Positions 47,201-61,070 of a stretch of DNA of 64,000 nucleotides are shown one piece after another. The stretch covers positions 13,640,001 through 13,704,000 of the forward strand of contig NC_134469.1 in the NCBI RefSeq assembly GCF_964194025.1. Direction: 5' to 3'. The notes beneath the pieces are model-generated. The model saw only the letters and a list, made by a program, of their open reading frames with translations. It was not told where the DNA came from and did no database searches. A program made the position numbers and the translations under genes. Within the stretch, counting starts at the first letter, position 1. Every line of letters starts with the position of its first letter. Source of the stretch: Convolutriloba macropyga. Lineage: Eukaryota.

Positions 47201-50200
47201 GAAACCAGAAAAGTTAACAGTCAACCAAAAAGACACTTCAAATAATTAATATTCTTTGCGTTGTAAAAAGCACAGCAAGACAAGTCATGAACAACAATTC
47301 AAAGATTTTCTACTGAAAAAACTAAAACACCAAAGGAACTGGGGACGAACTGTAAACACAATTCAACATATAAAGATAAAAAAGCCTATAAAAAGTGAAC
47401 AAGTCGAATTACCGCACGTGAATAGAAAGCTGCCTCTCACAAATTCAGCCCCTTCACAATGCTTGAATAGAGGTCAAAAAAATACGCGTTAAACAAACTC
47501 GCTTTTCCTTTTCATTTACTGCTCCAGCGTGACCAGAATGCTTTTCAATTTCTGGTCGTGACCAGAAATTGAAAAGCAGCATTTAGTCAGTGAGGACAAA
47601 CAAGCATTTACCAGGCGAAGATAGACCTTATGCACTTGAATTTGTAGGCCCCAAAAGGATTTGTTGACGCAGCTTTAATGAACATCGCACAAAAGATAAC
47701 TAAGAATTGGAAAACGAAAGCTGTCAGGAACGAAACAGGATTACCAAAAGTAATTCAGTCAGAACCTGCTGCTTGAAGTCTGAAAACCACACTGACACGT
47801 TCAGCTATCACCAGTGTGTTTAAAACTACTCAAAAAGGATGTTGTGTTCAAATATTAGAAGAAGACTTCAAATATAGAAGGCCAAAAATGAAATCTTCAA
47901 TTACTTTTAGAAAAAATAGCATTTGGACTAAACTTAGTGTCTTCATTGTAAGTAACAATATGAAACAAAATTGAAGACATAGTTTTTACAATGCATGAGA
48001 AACAGTAGCTATAAAAGATTACCAAAAAATCGTATTAAAACATGACAACTCTCGGTGGAAAACACAGCCAAATAGGACAAAATTTAACTTTCTCGAAACA
48101 AATCAGACAGCGTGATCCAATTCGTCGAAAATGAGCAAAATTTGGTTAAATGGGATCATGAAACCACTAACAATTTATATTTTCACATTCCTTTTCATAT
48201 TATTATACAAGTAGCCTCGGTATTCTGCGTTTGCACATAAAGTTCCGACACGCTCATCCATATTTTTGGTATAAATGTCTACCAAATGAGGAACAGATAA
48301 AAACCCCAAATTATTTTTCAAAAAAAAAATGTGTAGCAAATAACTCAGTGGAGTAAAAAATGCCGCATTAGACTGATAAGATCAGTCATTAATTCAAAAG
48401 CAAATCAAGACGAACAAAAAAATCTAACAACAATAACAACAAACATTAATTACATCCAAAACTTACTGTTCATTTTTTTTAAAAAAAACTTATTAACAAG
48501 GTCAAAATAGCGTCAGATAAAACTAAAACTAAACAAAACAAATTGTACTACAGTAGAAAAATATGGAACCACTATATAATAATCGGTAACAATTAGACAA
48601 AAAAAAGAACAAAAACAGCAAAGTTAAGAAAATTTCTCCATTGGAAGCATACTCATTTATGTAGCAAAAAACTGTCTATGCGAAAGGAAAAATTTATTAT
48701 TGAGATCAAAAACTAGCATCAAAACCTGGTCTACGAACTGCGTTAGCGAACTAAAATCTTATTTGAAAGGGGCCAATAGACAGATACAAAATTTTTGACC
48801 ACAAATTAAATACAGCAGAAGAATTTCGGAGTATAAATTAGAGAAAACCGGGAAAGTAAAAAAAAAAAGTCAAACTACCGCACGTAAAAATCTCTCGAGA
48901 CCAATAAATACTATTTTTGTTCAGACGCTGTTATTCCAATTTACCTTCTTGTTGACAAGAGAAACCAGAAAAGTTAACAGTCAACCAAAAAGACACTTCA
49001 AATAATTAAAATTCTTTGCGTTGCAAAAAGCACAGCAAGACAAGTCATGAACAACAATTCAACGATTTTCTCCAGAAAAAACTGCAAAACTAAAACACCA
49101 AAGGAACTGGGGACGAACTGTAAACACAATTCAACAAATAAGGATAAAAATTCTATAAAAAGTGAACAAATCGAATTGCCGCACGTGAATAGAAAGCTGC
49201 CTCTCACAAACTCAGCCCCTTCACAATCTTTTAAAAGAGGTAGAAAAAACACGCGTTACACAAACTCGCTTTTCTTTTTCATTTACAGCTCCAGCGTGAC
49301 CAGAATGCTTTTCAATTTCTGGTCCTGACCAGAAATTGAAAAGCAGCATTCAGTCAGTGAGGACAAACAAACATTTTCCAGGCGAAGATAGACTTTATGC
49401 ACTTGACTTTTTAGGCCCCAAAAGGATTTGTTGACGCAGCTTTAATGAATACTACACCAAAGATAAGTAGGAATTGGAAAACGAAAGCTGTCAGGAACGA
49501 AACAGGATTACCAAAAGTAATTCAGTCAGAACCTGCTGCTTGAAGTCTGAAAACCACTATGACACGTTCAGCCATCACCAGTTTGTTTAAAACTACTCGA
49601 AAAAGTAGTTGTGTTCAAATATTAGAAGAAGATTTCTAATATAGAAGGCCAAACATGAAATCTTCGAATACTTTTAAATCAAAAAATAGCATTTGAACTA
49701 AACTTAGTGTCTTCATTGTAAGTAACAATATGAAACAAAATTGAAGACAGCTTTACAATGCATGAGAAACAGTAGTTATAATAGATTAACAAAAATCGTA
49801 TTAAAACTCGACAACTCTCGGTGGGCAACACAGCCAAATAGGACAAAATTTAACTTTCTCGAAACAAATCAGACAGCGTGATCCAATTCGTCGAAAATGA
49901 GCAAAATTTGGTTAAATGGGATCATGAAACCACAAACAATTTATATTTTCACATTCCTTTTCATATTATTATACAAGTAGCCTCGATAATGTGCGTTTGC
50001 ACAAAAAGTTCCGACACGCTCATCCATATTTTTGGTATAAATGTCTACCAAATGAGGCACAGATAAAAACCCCAAAAATTATTTTTCAAAAAAAAATGTG
50101 TAGCAAAGAACTCAGTGGAGTAAAAAATGCCGCATTAGACTCAGAAGATAAGCCATTAATTCAAAAGCAAATGAAGACGAACAACAAAATCTAACACCAA

Positions 50201-53200
50201 TAACAAAAAACATTAATTACATCCAAAACTTACTGTTCAATTTTTATATAAAAAAGAAAACTTATTAACAAGGTCTAAAATAGCGTCAGAAAAAACTAAA
50301 ACTAAACAAAATAAGTTCTACTACAGTACAAAAAATGTGGGACCACTTCATAATTATCAACAATTAAGACCCTGTCATCATTCAATTTTTTTGTGTTGTT
50401 ACAAAAACATCATTCAATTTTGTATGTAGTTACAAAAAGAACAACAAATATAGGCAACAAAAAATCAATTATAACTTGCGAGAAACGCTGTCGAGGCCGT
50501 AAAGCCATATTTTCCTCCACAAAATATGTTTAATTGAAACTTCCCCGAACACGAATAATTTGTTGTGCGACCTCTCATAAATAGGATGGTTAATAAGTAG
50601 ACAAAGAGAAAAAGTTGCAAAATTAAGTAGTACTTTTGTATTTTTAGAAAACAATTATTTTCAAAGTCATGAAACCCATTAGCTGCAAAAAGAAATTATT
50701 AAATAGATTCATTTATTCGTCCAAAGGAAGCGACTGAGACCTGTAATTATTTAAAATACGCCTTAAGTCTACAAAAAGGTCAAATGTAGACAAAAATCAA
50801 AAATTAGTTTACTTCTTTTGCGAAAAACCCTTGTAGAAGTCAGTAAATTCATAAAAAAATCTTTAAAAACGTTAGATTTTGTACACTAGCACCATCCATC
50901 GGCAACCGAAATGTCATATGTGATCTGTAATTAACGAGAAAAGGTAACAGATAGACAAAAAAAAGAAAAGTGCGAAGTTAGAAAGTGTTTTTTTATTTTT
51001 GGAAACAATTGTTTTCAAAGTTATGAAGGCCATCATTTATCTACTCAAATCAGAATATAGGCTAATTTGTTCCTCAATAAAAAACCAATGAGACCTATCA
51101 TTAAGCAGGAAATTTCATGGTACTAAAACGACAAAGTAAAAACGAGAGGTAAAGACAAAGGTAAAAAAAATCAATTAAATTCTTCGAGAAAGGGGTGTTG
51201 AAGCCGTTAAAACCTTGATCTATGCCTTTAAAGACTTCAGTATGTTCAATTGTGCCTTATTTTGAACGCAAACAAAGAAATATACGAATTGTCAATAATG
51301 TGATAATGTGACAAACGAGAAACACCGTGAAAAAAATCACCAAGCCACAAGTTGACCAAATTAAAAGAAAAATAGTGGCAAAGTTTAATAAGCCATTGTT
51401 TATTTAAAAATAAAACAATTTTAAAAGTCAAAACGACCATAATCTTTCGAGTAAAGAAAGTAGACCCATTTATTTGGGAATGTTTAGGAAGTCAATTGGG
51501 CCTATCAACAATTGGCTCTGATTTGAATTGTTCTGTTCTTTAATTAACATAAAAAAGATTGCATTTTTTTAAAAGACTAATTACAATCCCAATTTTTTGG
51601 ATTATAACAGACCAAGATTGGACCAAAACCAGCCCTGATATTGCTGTTCGTCCCTTAAGAACACTCAATTGTTTCGAATGTTATATATATCTAGATGAAT
51701 TGTTAGATAAAAGATCAAAAATAAATGCTGCGTTTTTAATAATCACAAAGTTAGCAAAAAACGGCAACAATTTAATTCCAGACTACTGTCAATTGAAGTG
51801 GAAGTAGAACTGGCTCCTTTTGTAGAATACAAAGATTGCGTTAGTTAATTTTGGGTGTGTACTCTCGGCAAATTTAATCAAAGTGGACTACAGAAATTCA
51901 TTTTGTGCAGTTTTTGATGAAAACGGCTGATTTTTAAAAAATTTAGCCAAAAAATTAAATCATATAGTCAACAATACTTTTTGTCTTTAAAAATGAAATC
52001 AACAGTACCATTGTTAACAATTTTTACATATTTAAGCAAAATTGACGCTTAAGACAAAAATTCCAGAAAATGTGAATAAAATTAACGCAAATCGATCTAA
52101 CATTCACAAAAATTTAACTCAGAAAACGAAACTCGCTCAAATATCACACTGGCTTTTTAAGGAACATAGACGGCAGATTGCCAGATAATAGCCGCAATAG
52201 CTTCGTAGATCTGCAGTCTAAAAAAACAGTGAAAAGACAGACTAAAAAAATTCGTCTTTTCATTGAAGGCTGATATGTTATATTTTGATTTAATTTGTAT
52301 TTAATTTGTATTTAATCTGTATAAATTTTTTCTGCCTCTATTAGCTGCTCTCAAATAATCTTCATTTAGAGTGACACACACACACACACACACACCCATT
52401 TGACCTTATCTCTTGAATTAAAGTAAATAAACGTCAATTTCAAAGTGAGGAAGTCATTTTTGAGAGTTAGGTAAGTCAAGTGTGACCAAAAATTTAATCA
52501 CGCAAACGAACAAAAAAACTCGCTCCACTAAGAACGAAAATGACGTCACACATGCACTTCAGTTAAAATTGCATGAACGAATGAACAAAAAGCAGATTTG
52601 AAGTGGTTGTGACGTCAGATGGTCGTAACAAAAATCGCGACGACGAAATGGAAAAAACTAAAGACCAATAATAGCACAAGCGATCGCTGTGCGGCTATTA
52701 ATAACACTCACAACTCTACGATGGATATACCGATCGGTTAAAATTGTCTGAACAAGTTGAGTATATAGTTCCTCCCCACCTCCTCAAGAGGGATCAGAAC
52801 AATTATATTTAAACTTATTCAAATATGAAGACAACCAATCTTTTTGCAGTATGATTACAATTTTAAAATTATATGCAGGGGTTACAAGATAAGCGATTCG
52901 TACCCATCTCCAACTGTAAAGAACTAATCGAATTTAAAAACGTTGAACTTACTTTTATAACATTTGGCTACATTCCTCGGTACATCATTTTTCAGAAAAC
53001 AAGTTGTGAAATTCCACGCCCAGTTTTTTTTCTGTTTCTTTAAAACAATTGATAAATAACTTGACAACCGACTTGTTTGACAGTAATAGTTGCTGCATGA
53101 ACGAGCAAGCAACTAAGTGCACTATCGGTTTTATGTCAATTGCATTCAACGACCCTTGAGAGTCGAATTATCTTTCAAGCTAAAATGAAACAGCTGCCAA

Positions 53201-56200
53201 AAATTCAAAATTAACTGATAATAAGAGAGCCAAGACCATCAAAATTTGCCTAAATTGTGAGTTTAATTAAGGTAATAGTTCAAATATACTATACAAACCA
53301 TATTAGAACGATTTCTGAACAATTAGACTACTGCCTTAGTTTCAGTTGACCGAAATAGCCGAAACATAGCTCAAAAGAAACTATACTAAGCAATAGAAAA
53401 GAACTCCTTATTTCATGACGTTGTTTCAACTTCACGAAATAAGGAGTTCTTTTTTGTTTAGTATAGTTTCTTTTGAGCTATGTTTCGGCTATTTCTGTCA
53501 ACTGAAACTAGAGCAGTGTTCTAATTGTTCAGAAATCGTTCTAAAATAGTTTGTATAGTATATTTGAAATGTTACTTACTCACAGTTTAGTCAAATTTTG
53601 ATGGTCTTGGCTCTATTAATATCAGTTAATTTCAAATTTTTGGCAGCTGTTTCATTTTAGCTTTGGTTCAAGCATTGGTTCCTAAATTTCAACGCACTCA
53701 GTGAAAAATTAAGGGAAGTCAATTGCCAAAGCTGCATTAAGTGACTGCAATAATGTACCTTAAGTAGTGAATAATTTGGAGGTTCCTAAGTTACAAAAAT
53801 TGTTCCAATTCAGTATTCGGTTTCAGTTAGATTCTAAACCTATACTTACTTCAGCTTCTAAACTGAAGGGTATTAAACTTAATACTAATATAATCTAGCA
53901 AACGCTCTAATGAACTTTGATAACCTATTTCAAAAAGACTTAATGACCGGGCATTATCGGTTTGTGCCGTTTCTTTTGATTTTGCTCTTTTGACATTGAC
54001 CGTAATTACAAAACTACGTAATTCAATGCTTAAAGAATTAAAATCCATTCAGTTGAAACAGCGAGTGATGTAAGTCAGAAGTCAAACGTGAAAATCGTCA
54101 CTTATGTAAAACAAAAAACCTGATAAAAAGGTAAAGCGATTTTTAAAAAAACATAGCAGGACAAGTCCTGACGTACAATTCAAAGAATTTTCATTGACTA
54201 AATAAAAAAAATAGACCTAGAACGGACTATGAGTGAATTGGGAAAACCATTTCTAAAAAAATTCAGAAAATAAAAAAAACAGAATATGTAAAAAATGCCG
54301 CCAGAGAACAAAAAATTATAAGCGAGAAATGGAAATTTGTTTCAAACAAAAAACTATGTCTAGCATGAACTATGAATCGATTGGGAAAACCATTTTGAAA
54401 AAAAAATCGATCCAAAAAATTGAAAAAAAAGTAAAAATCAACGTGAAATTGCCGCATGTGAACAAAAAACCACTACCAATAAAGCGAATTTGTGTTCTAA
54501 CACCGTATTCTCACTCTACTATAAAATTAGAGAGAAAAAATTTACGCCGCAAAGCCACTCGCTTTTTCGCTCTATTTCCTGTTTCGGCGTGACCAAAATC
54601 ACTACTCCAATTTGAGTTAAAAGATGATGAAATGTGTGAACAGATCTTAAAAAAAGACAGCGCCCCAATACAATTCAAATTCCTTGAATTGTAAAAAAGG
54701 AGAGCGCCTAAATAATAGCCATATGAGAGGCTGACGTCAGATATGTTCACAATGAGTTAATCCAATTGCCTGACGACCCCTGCGTGTATGATAAAAATTT
54801 ACGATCGGTTCAGAGAATTTATTATGATCAGGTAGCACAGATCTGTGTCAGAACTGAAACCAGCAACTAATGAAACGAAGAACTGAATAAAACAAGGCTT
54901 GAGTACTGTCACCAGATCTCTCGTTGTGGCAAAGTTGTAAGAAAGATGTTGGGCGACGCAAATGGATTGTGGGTTGCTGGAGTAAACGTCAATAATCGGA
55001 GATACGAGATCGCTACGGCATTAATTGCAAATTGTCAAGATGAGTTGCAAACGTTGATCACACTCTTGGAAAAAAATAGCAAAACGTATGGCATGGAAAT
55101 AAATCTCAAAAACGGAGGTAATGGTTGTATCGAAGAAGCAGACATGCGAGGCGCCAGTATGTGAAAAGGCAGCAGTTTTAATTACTTAGAATGCCTTTTC
55201 TAATCAGACTGTCGAGAGGAAGAAGAGACCAACAGTCAAAATGGCCACGGCAAAGATGCCTTTAAGAAAATGAAGAACATCCTTTAAAAAATTTGGCTTT
55301 TAAATGCCGACATTAGTCCTCAAATGGTACGTAAACCCAGTATTGACTTACTCAGGCATGATGATCAGGGGGCACACGTTAAAGACGAACAAACGCCTGG
55401 GAAACGTGTTTTCGTCGCATTCATCGCATCTACTAGAAAGCAATGAAACTATATTCGGACAAGTAGGGAAAAAATGTGACATATTTTTGAGCGTAAGAAC
55501 AAGAAAATTGAAGTTTCTAGGCCACATAATTCGTAATTGAAAACTTGAGAATCAGGATGATCAGTTGAAAGAGATGACGACAAAGAGTGACGTTTCTACA
55601 AAAGTTCCGCACTTCACCAATTGACATTCTTGAAATAGCGATAAACTGTAATGAATCGACGGAACTTTCCAAAGAGGCAATCTATGTTGTGCGATGTTCC
55701 GCCTTCAGTTAATTTTGAATGTGTAGTGTTGGTGCTGCGGCCGGACGTCAGAGAAGCAAACTAATCAGCATGCTTCACTGACGCCAGTGTTGGTGGTGTT
55801 TCATAGCACGTGCCTCTCCTGGTACATATGTCTCGAACATACAAGATACTTTAGACAAGATGCAACACAGATGACTTCTTTAAACATTGGATTTTTTCAA
55901 CTTGTTTTTTGCCGAGACATGCCATACAGTTTTGCAATTGTAGTTATATCTTATACAGTTATAGTAGGTACTTTGTAGTCAAAGTAACAACTGCATCTGC
56001 AAATATGGAGAGTTGAGCAACAGTTCCAGGAAACTTTGCTGCATAAACATTTTAAATCACAACTTTTCATGAGTATATATTTGAAATCCCCGCACCAAGT
56101 TCGGGAACCCTAAATGCCAAATGCCATGGTTTCAACAACTTCGTAAATTTGAAATACAAGTTGCATTTTTACCTGGTGGCAATTTAACAATGCTGATTGG

Positions 56201-56428
56201 TCCGACAGATATGTTTCGACACTGATCTGGAGTGAGGAACGGAGTCTTGTACAAACTGTCGCCCACTTTGTAGTAGTCATACACCAAAATGATCACTGAT
56301 GGCGCCAGTAGCAGAATGACACAGCAACAGGCCACTAATTCAAAGTCCAGTCGTCTATAGCAACCTCTCAAAGGTAAGCCAGAGTAATGCGCGCTGGCAT
56401 TTCCCCCTGATAGTACGGCTGTTTGCAT
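44212..56428 (-). CDS. Two-exon type II membrane protein with a single Ig (I-set-like) domain, 182 aa
   Basis: Exon 56428-56173 (CCAG|GTAAAA) joins exon 44504-44212 (TTTCAG|AC) in phase to give IVKLPPDTSVQENSNVTFTCEA..WQWFKN..LSFYNISRIDDGAYQC. TM segment LVACCCVILLLAPSVIILVY. Confidence 0.75.
45114..45457. repeat. Long hairpin, ~170-bp arms, 4-nt loop (45283-45286)
   Basis: ...AAATGCCCTTAAAG-gcat-CTTTAAGGGCATTT...; arms nearly perfectly complementary. Confidence 0.93.
46874..50370 (+). repeat. Tandem duplication of a ~1.76-kb unit (46874-~48600, 48636-~50370)
   Basis: Both copies start CTCCATT(T)GGAAGCATACTCATT and are collinear with scattered differences. Confidence 0.93.
52163..52700 (-). 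mobile_element. HINE-like element with internal (CA)n microsatellite
   Basis: Same termini and core as 22116-22620; (CA)~11 at ~52374-52395. Confidence 0.8.
53177..53663. repeat. Long hairpin, ~245-bp arms, 3-nt loop (53425-53427)
   Basis: AAGCTAAAATGAAACAGCTGCCAAAAATT...GTTG-ttt-CAAC...AATTTTTGGCAGCTGTTTCATTTTAGCTT. Confidence 0.93.
54790..55560 (+). pseudogene. Degraded RTE-clade LINE reverse transcriptase fragment
   Basis: Remnants KQG..LSPDL, GVNVNNRRY..TALIA...ELQ.L...YGMEIN, FNYL, YVNPVLTY and RKLKFLGHIIR. Confidence 0.75.
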
Positions 56429-59400
56429 TTTATTGTATACGAGCCAATAAACAATTCTTCATAAGATGAAAGGCAAAAACCAAGAGACGTATAAATAAAA
56501 AATGCAAATTTGTCAAGTCTTTCTTCTGATTGCCAAGAGGTTTATCAGATAAGTAAATTCCACGGGAAAAATATTCATGCAAATCAAATAGTAACTTTTC
56601 CTTTTTAATCAACAAATCAAAACCAGTATTCTAATTTGATCTCCTCTACAAACTTCTTCCAAAAATGTAATAATTTTACTTGCATATGGAAGAAATAATC
56701 CGCAGGGCGAATTGGTTTATTAATTCTGAGCAATAAAAGATTTTGCTCAAATAACAATTTCCTGTTTTGCAGACACATTTACACAATAGGACACCCTATG
56801 GAAGACAAAACATAGTCCAATCTGTCACAAAAACACATTTTGTGGTACAATTTTTGCCTTCTCTCTGGCCAAATTTCCTCCGATATTCGATTGTGTTCGA
56901 CCACCAAAAGTAATAATGGAATAGATAAAACAAATAACACGCACACAAACTGCCGACAAATAAAAGAACAGAACCAGACCAAATTAACCCGACGCAAGGG
57001 TGAAAAAGGGAGTAATTTGTCGGTTTTGATTACAAAAACGGGGTCATCTGGAGCTAAAATTTCTGGGTTCAGTTTTAATAAAAAAAAATAACAGCGAGGG
57101 AAGCCAAAAGTTAGAGCGGCGTTGTTGTTATTTTCCTTGTTTGTTTTTGTTTACCACCCAATCTAATCACAGGATGTGGGAAAAGGTTAGGGTGAGTGTG
57201 AATGGCTTTGGCGGCGTCGGTACGGGAATAAAGTGCTTTAAGCAAAGAGTTTATGAAAAACAAGTGATCACAGCAAGGGGAGGTAAGACTGAGGGGCGAT
57301 AAATAGATAACACATAATGGACTGACTGAATATAAAAGAGGGCATGAAAAGAGCAAACGGGGAGGGGTGGTGGTGGTGCTGAGTTTAGGGGGGGGGGGGA
57401 CTTGGACAGAGACTGATGAAAATTGATGGCTAATTACTTTGGGGAATTGACTCCCCGCGTCTTATCAGACTACCCACCCAAAACTATCTCTATTTTTTGC
57501 TCTCTCTCCCACCGCCAAATACTTGCACAGTTATTGATGGGTGACTTTCTCAACTCCTTCCCCAGCCACTTAACTATAGCACAGCGCCCGGAGGAAATAA
57601 GACGCTCCCTCTAAATTGCTAATCGAAAAATTATCCAAATAATGAAGGAAAAGGAATTTAAATCAAGAAAAGTAAAGAACGGTCACATTAAAATTTCAAA
57701 CTTGAAGTGAAAAATTTACTGCTTGAGAGTAAAAAGACAGTCAAAAATTGACAGTTAGAAGGCACTGGTCCAATTTCAAATCCCATGATAATAATAGAGT
57801 GATTAATATGGCAGCAATAGTGATGGAATAAAATTGAGGGCTTAAACTCAAGGTCACTCTAAGTAAATTTTTACCCTTTAAACGAAAATTGAAGAGCTGG
57901 AAGGAAATATAATGACGTTCGGGCAATGAAAGCCAGTTAGGGCAAAAAGACAAAATTCTTTTCAAAAAGTGACAAAATGTCACTAAATGATCTCACAACC
58001 AGCGTTAGCGCTTTCAGACACGAGTGACGGAGCGCGCGTAGCAATAGTAAGCGTAAATAGTACCAAACAATCTTCAAAATGGGCTAATTTAGTAGACTTC
58101 AATGAAATATTTAAATCCTTGTATTCTTTTCATTCATTCAGTTGTTATTGCGAACAGTCGGAGAGTAACTTCATGTAACGGTTCCAACTTACAGCTTAGT
58201 TAGTCCTCAGCTGTAAAATCAATACCTTCTCTGGCTTATGAAGTGTACGCGTTGATTACACCAAGCGGGACTCTAGTGTTGAACTGTTTAACAAGAACCA
58301 CTTTTATCCCACACACCAAATCAACCAAAGCAGTTGAGAGAAAGCTTCAAATTTTGATAATAGTTTCATAATACCAACAATAATAAGTAAGAAGTAACTA
58401 ACTTTGATTCATTTCCGCACACAGAGACACTCACTCAACAGTAGTGTTCATTTTTAAAATATGGTACAGTGTAAGAATGTATTCTGCGAAGGTATTTGAG
58501 GTGTATTTGCAGCTGATTGTATGAAAAATTGATCTTAGGAAAACAAATCAGATTTGGACGGATTTGTAGTCCCACAATATACTTTGAACAGTTGCGCTAA
58601 GATAGAATTTACGGTCATACAATGACAGCAACAAAAATAAAATGCGACACTATATACACAACACTCAAAATTCTTCCCGTTTTTGGCCTAATACTGTGAA
58701 CGCATTAGGCAACACCTAGCAACTTTTCAGAACACCGGAGGATTTTTTTCACAAATTGGAGTGTTCGAACTAGAGATAAAAAAAATTTCCGCCCGAAGGT
58801 CGAGAAAAACTGCAAATTTAAGTTCTTCACAGAATATTGCTGACCAGAAATAAGGTAATTCAACGAGAAGAAGAACGGCGCTATAATAAATCAGGCAAAA
58901 AGGGTAGGGTTAGAGTACGGGGGAGGCTCTAAAATCCAACTCCACAATTTCCTGCATCTTGTTTATGGAGATAAAAATGCAAAAGGGCGGAGACTGGTAA
59001 TGGTGATTATTGTAGCGAGGAATGAAAAGAAGCTAATATTATCTGAATATCGTCTCGTAATACAAGAGCATAGTCCCACAGGGGAGGGGCGGGGGCAGGT
59101 TTACTGGGATGATGAAATAACGCAAAGAGACAAAAAAGACGTACAAGAGGTAATGTGCGAGAGAGCAAATCAGAGAGAATGAAAGATAGATGGATAGACA
59201 AGATGAATTATGAAGGAGTAAATAAAAGGGAATAATAATAATAAAAGAATACTGAAAACAAAAACAGGGAGCAAGGTTCCCTCTATTCCATTTGCATTTT
59301 CCTTGATCACAGTTTCCCTCCGCAACGTTAACACAGGGTGGTGTTAGTATTAAAAAGTAACTAAAATCCGGGGAGAGAGACGTTATAAAACCCAGTTGGT

Positions 59401-60242
59401 GATAGGTTTAATTTTCATCAAAGAACTGAATAATTAAGACCTCAAAGTAACTGTAAGAAACAACAAAGGCCACCCAAATGTCGTGACCATCACGCCACAA
59501 AAATTCAGCGCAAAAGTAAGAACTGAGAAAGAATAAAAAGCTGCTACGATAACAATCAGTAACTAATCAATACCTTCAACATCAACTATTGATAAGCAAA
59601 AATAAGCCTTCTCTAATACCAAACCCACTTTATGTTAAAAGGTTCCTGAGATCGCAAACCATTCATTTTCATCCGCTAACTATTTCATACTGCAATTGGT
59701 TAGCAATGTCAAGTAACTTCAACATCCTGCTTTCAATTGGAACAGCAACAAAGCTAACGGTGATAGCTAGTTTGTAAAAGGAAGAGTTAAGAGGTACCAT
59801 ATACTACATGCTATGCTCAGCCGGTGGATAAGAGCAATTTATGGCCTTTTTAAGCACTGTTTGAAACTATAAATGAAAACACGGACCGTAGAGAGTGAGT
59901 GGCACTAGTACATTAAGATATTGATACCAGATGTCCTCTCCAAATTCTATCGGCCTCCTTGCGAGCTAAACAAACAAACCACGCACGCGCAATTTTAGAT
60001 GACAAGGAAGGCCTTTTAAATCCTTCACTTTGGCCGCTGGCATATTTCTGAATGGCAGTGAATTAAGCGTATGTAACAATGGCAAAAAATGAAGCTTAAA
60101 CTTCTTCAAATTCTCATCAAACCACTACAACAATGCTAACTGTTTAGACTGAAGAAAACTGATGTAAAACGTCTCGCAGAGATTAAGATCTACCAAACAC
60201 CATTTTCAGCTATGAGCTCTATTTTAGTCCAGATTGACTACA

Positions 60243-61070
60243 TCATGATACCTCTAAGTTGAGTTCATTGCAAACAATTTTCATAACTTCATCAACTTTT
60301 GCGTATATTCGTAAATCAGCGTCTTTGTCTAACGGTGTTTGCTGTAAATTGATGATAACTAGTTTGCCGTTATTTTTCTTGGTCAAAAGTGGAAACTCAT
60401 TACACGGTAAAATTTGCAGAGAGGTCCCCAGTGTAACTGAAAGATTGGCTTTTTTGGAGTTCGCAATAGCATTGTTAAGTTCTTTTTCAGGAAGTTCGTC
60501 TTCCCAGTCTAAAATTGTGTCCTTCATTTTTCCACGACAATGCAGTTTCTCAGAATAGCCGCTAAAATACGGACACTTGCTGCCTGTAAATTTTAAACCC
60601 ACTGTAGGTACGCTTGTTTCCCGTATGTATTGCTTCCTACATTTATGACACTTTTCAACAAAAACATTGCCATGCATGTCAGCGACAATTCCATCCGGAG
60701 TTCCCGCTTTTAAATGCAAACCATCGATATTCTGATTGACCACAAATTGCACCACTTCTGCTTTCACCATTTGATAAATTGCTCTGTGAGTATAGGTTGG
60801 CCGGGCGGTGTCAAATGAAACATTAATGGTTGGTTTTTTCCCCATTTTTTCCAAAGTCCACACACCATTAGGTCCACGAAAGTCGGGAATACCCGAAGCC
60901 GTTGATATACCAGCACCAGTATGTAATACCGTCCACGAACTATTTCGAATGAAACGAGCAAGTTGCTTAGATTTCTCTTCGATTGCTGTAGCATCGTCCA
61001 GAAACTCCGGCATACCGACCTCTCCCTTATTTTCGTACGGTGAGAGACCGTCGGCGTAATTGCAAGACAT
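60243..61070 (-). CDS. SIRT6: NAD-dependent protein deacylase sirtuin-6 (class IV), intronless CDS, 275 aa
   Basis: MSxNYAxGLSPYxNKG N-terminus, GAGISTASGIPDFRGPNGVWT, QNIDGLH, HGN, four Zn-binding Cys, DTILDWED, LGTSLQI and NLQ. Confidence 0.96.
   Translation of the reverse strand: MSCNYADGLSPYENKGEVGMPEFLDDATAIEEKSKQLARFIRNSSWTVLHTGAGISTASGIPDFRGPNGVWTLEKMGKKPTINVSFDTARPTYTHRAIYQMVKAEVVQFVVNQNIDGLHLKAGTPDGIVADMHGNVFVEKCHKCRKQYIRETSVPTVGLKFTGSKCPYFSGYSEKLHCRGKMKDTILDWEDELPEKELNNAIANSKKANLSVTLGTSLQILPCNEFPLLTKKNNGKLVIINLQQTPLDKDADLRIYAKVDEVMKIVCNELNLEVS

Noticed and set aside
39447-54750. Numerous 60-100-aa K/F/N-rich ORFs
   Set aside because: They fall in A-rich dispersed repeats, mostly use non-ATG starts and show no domain signal.
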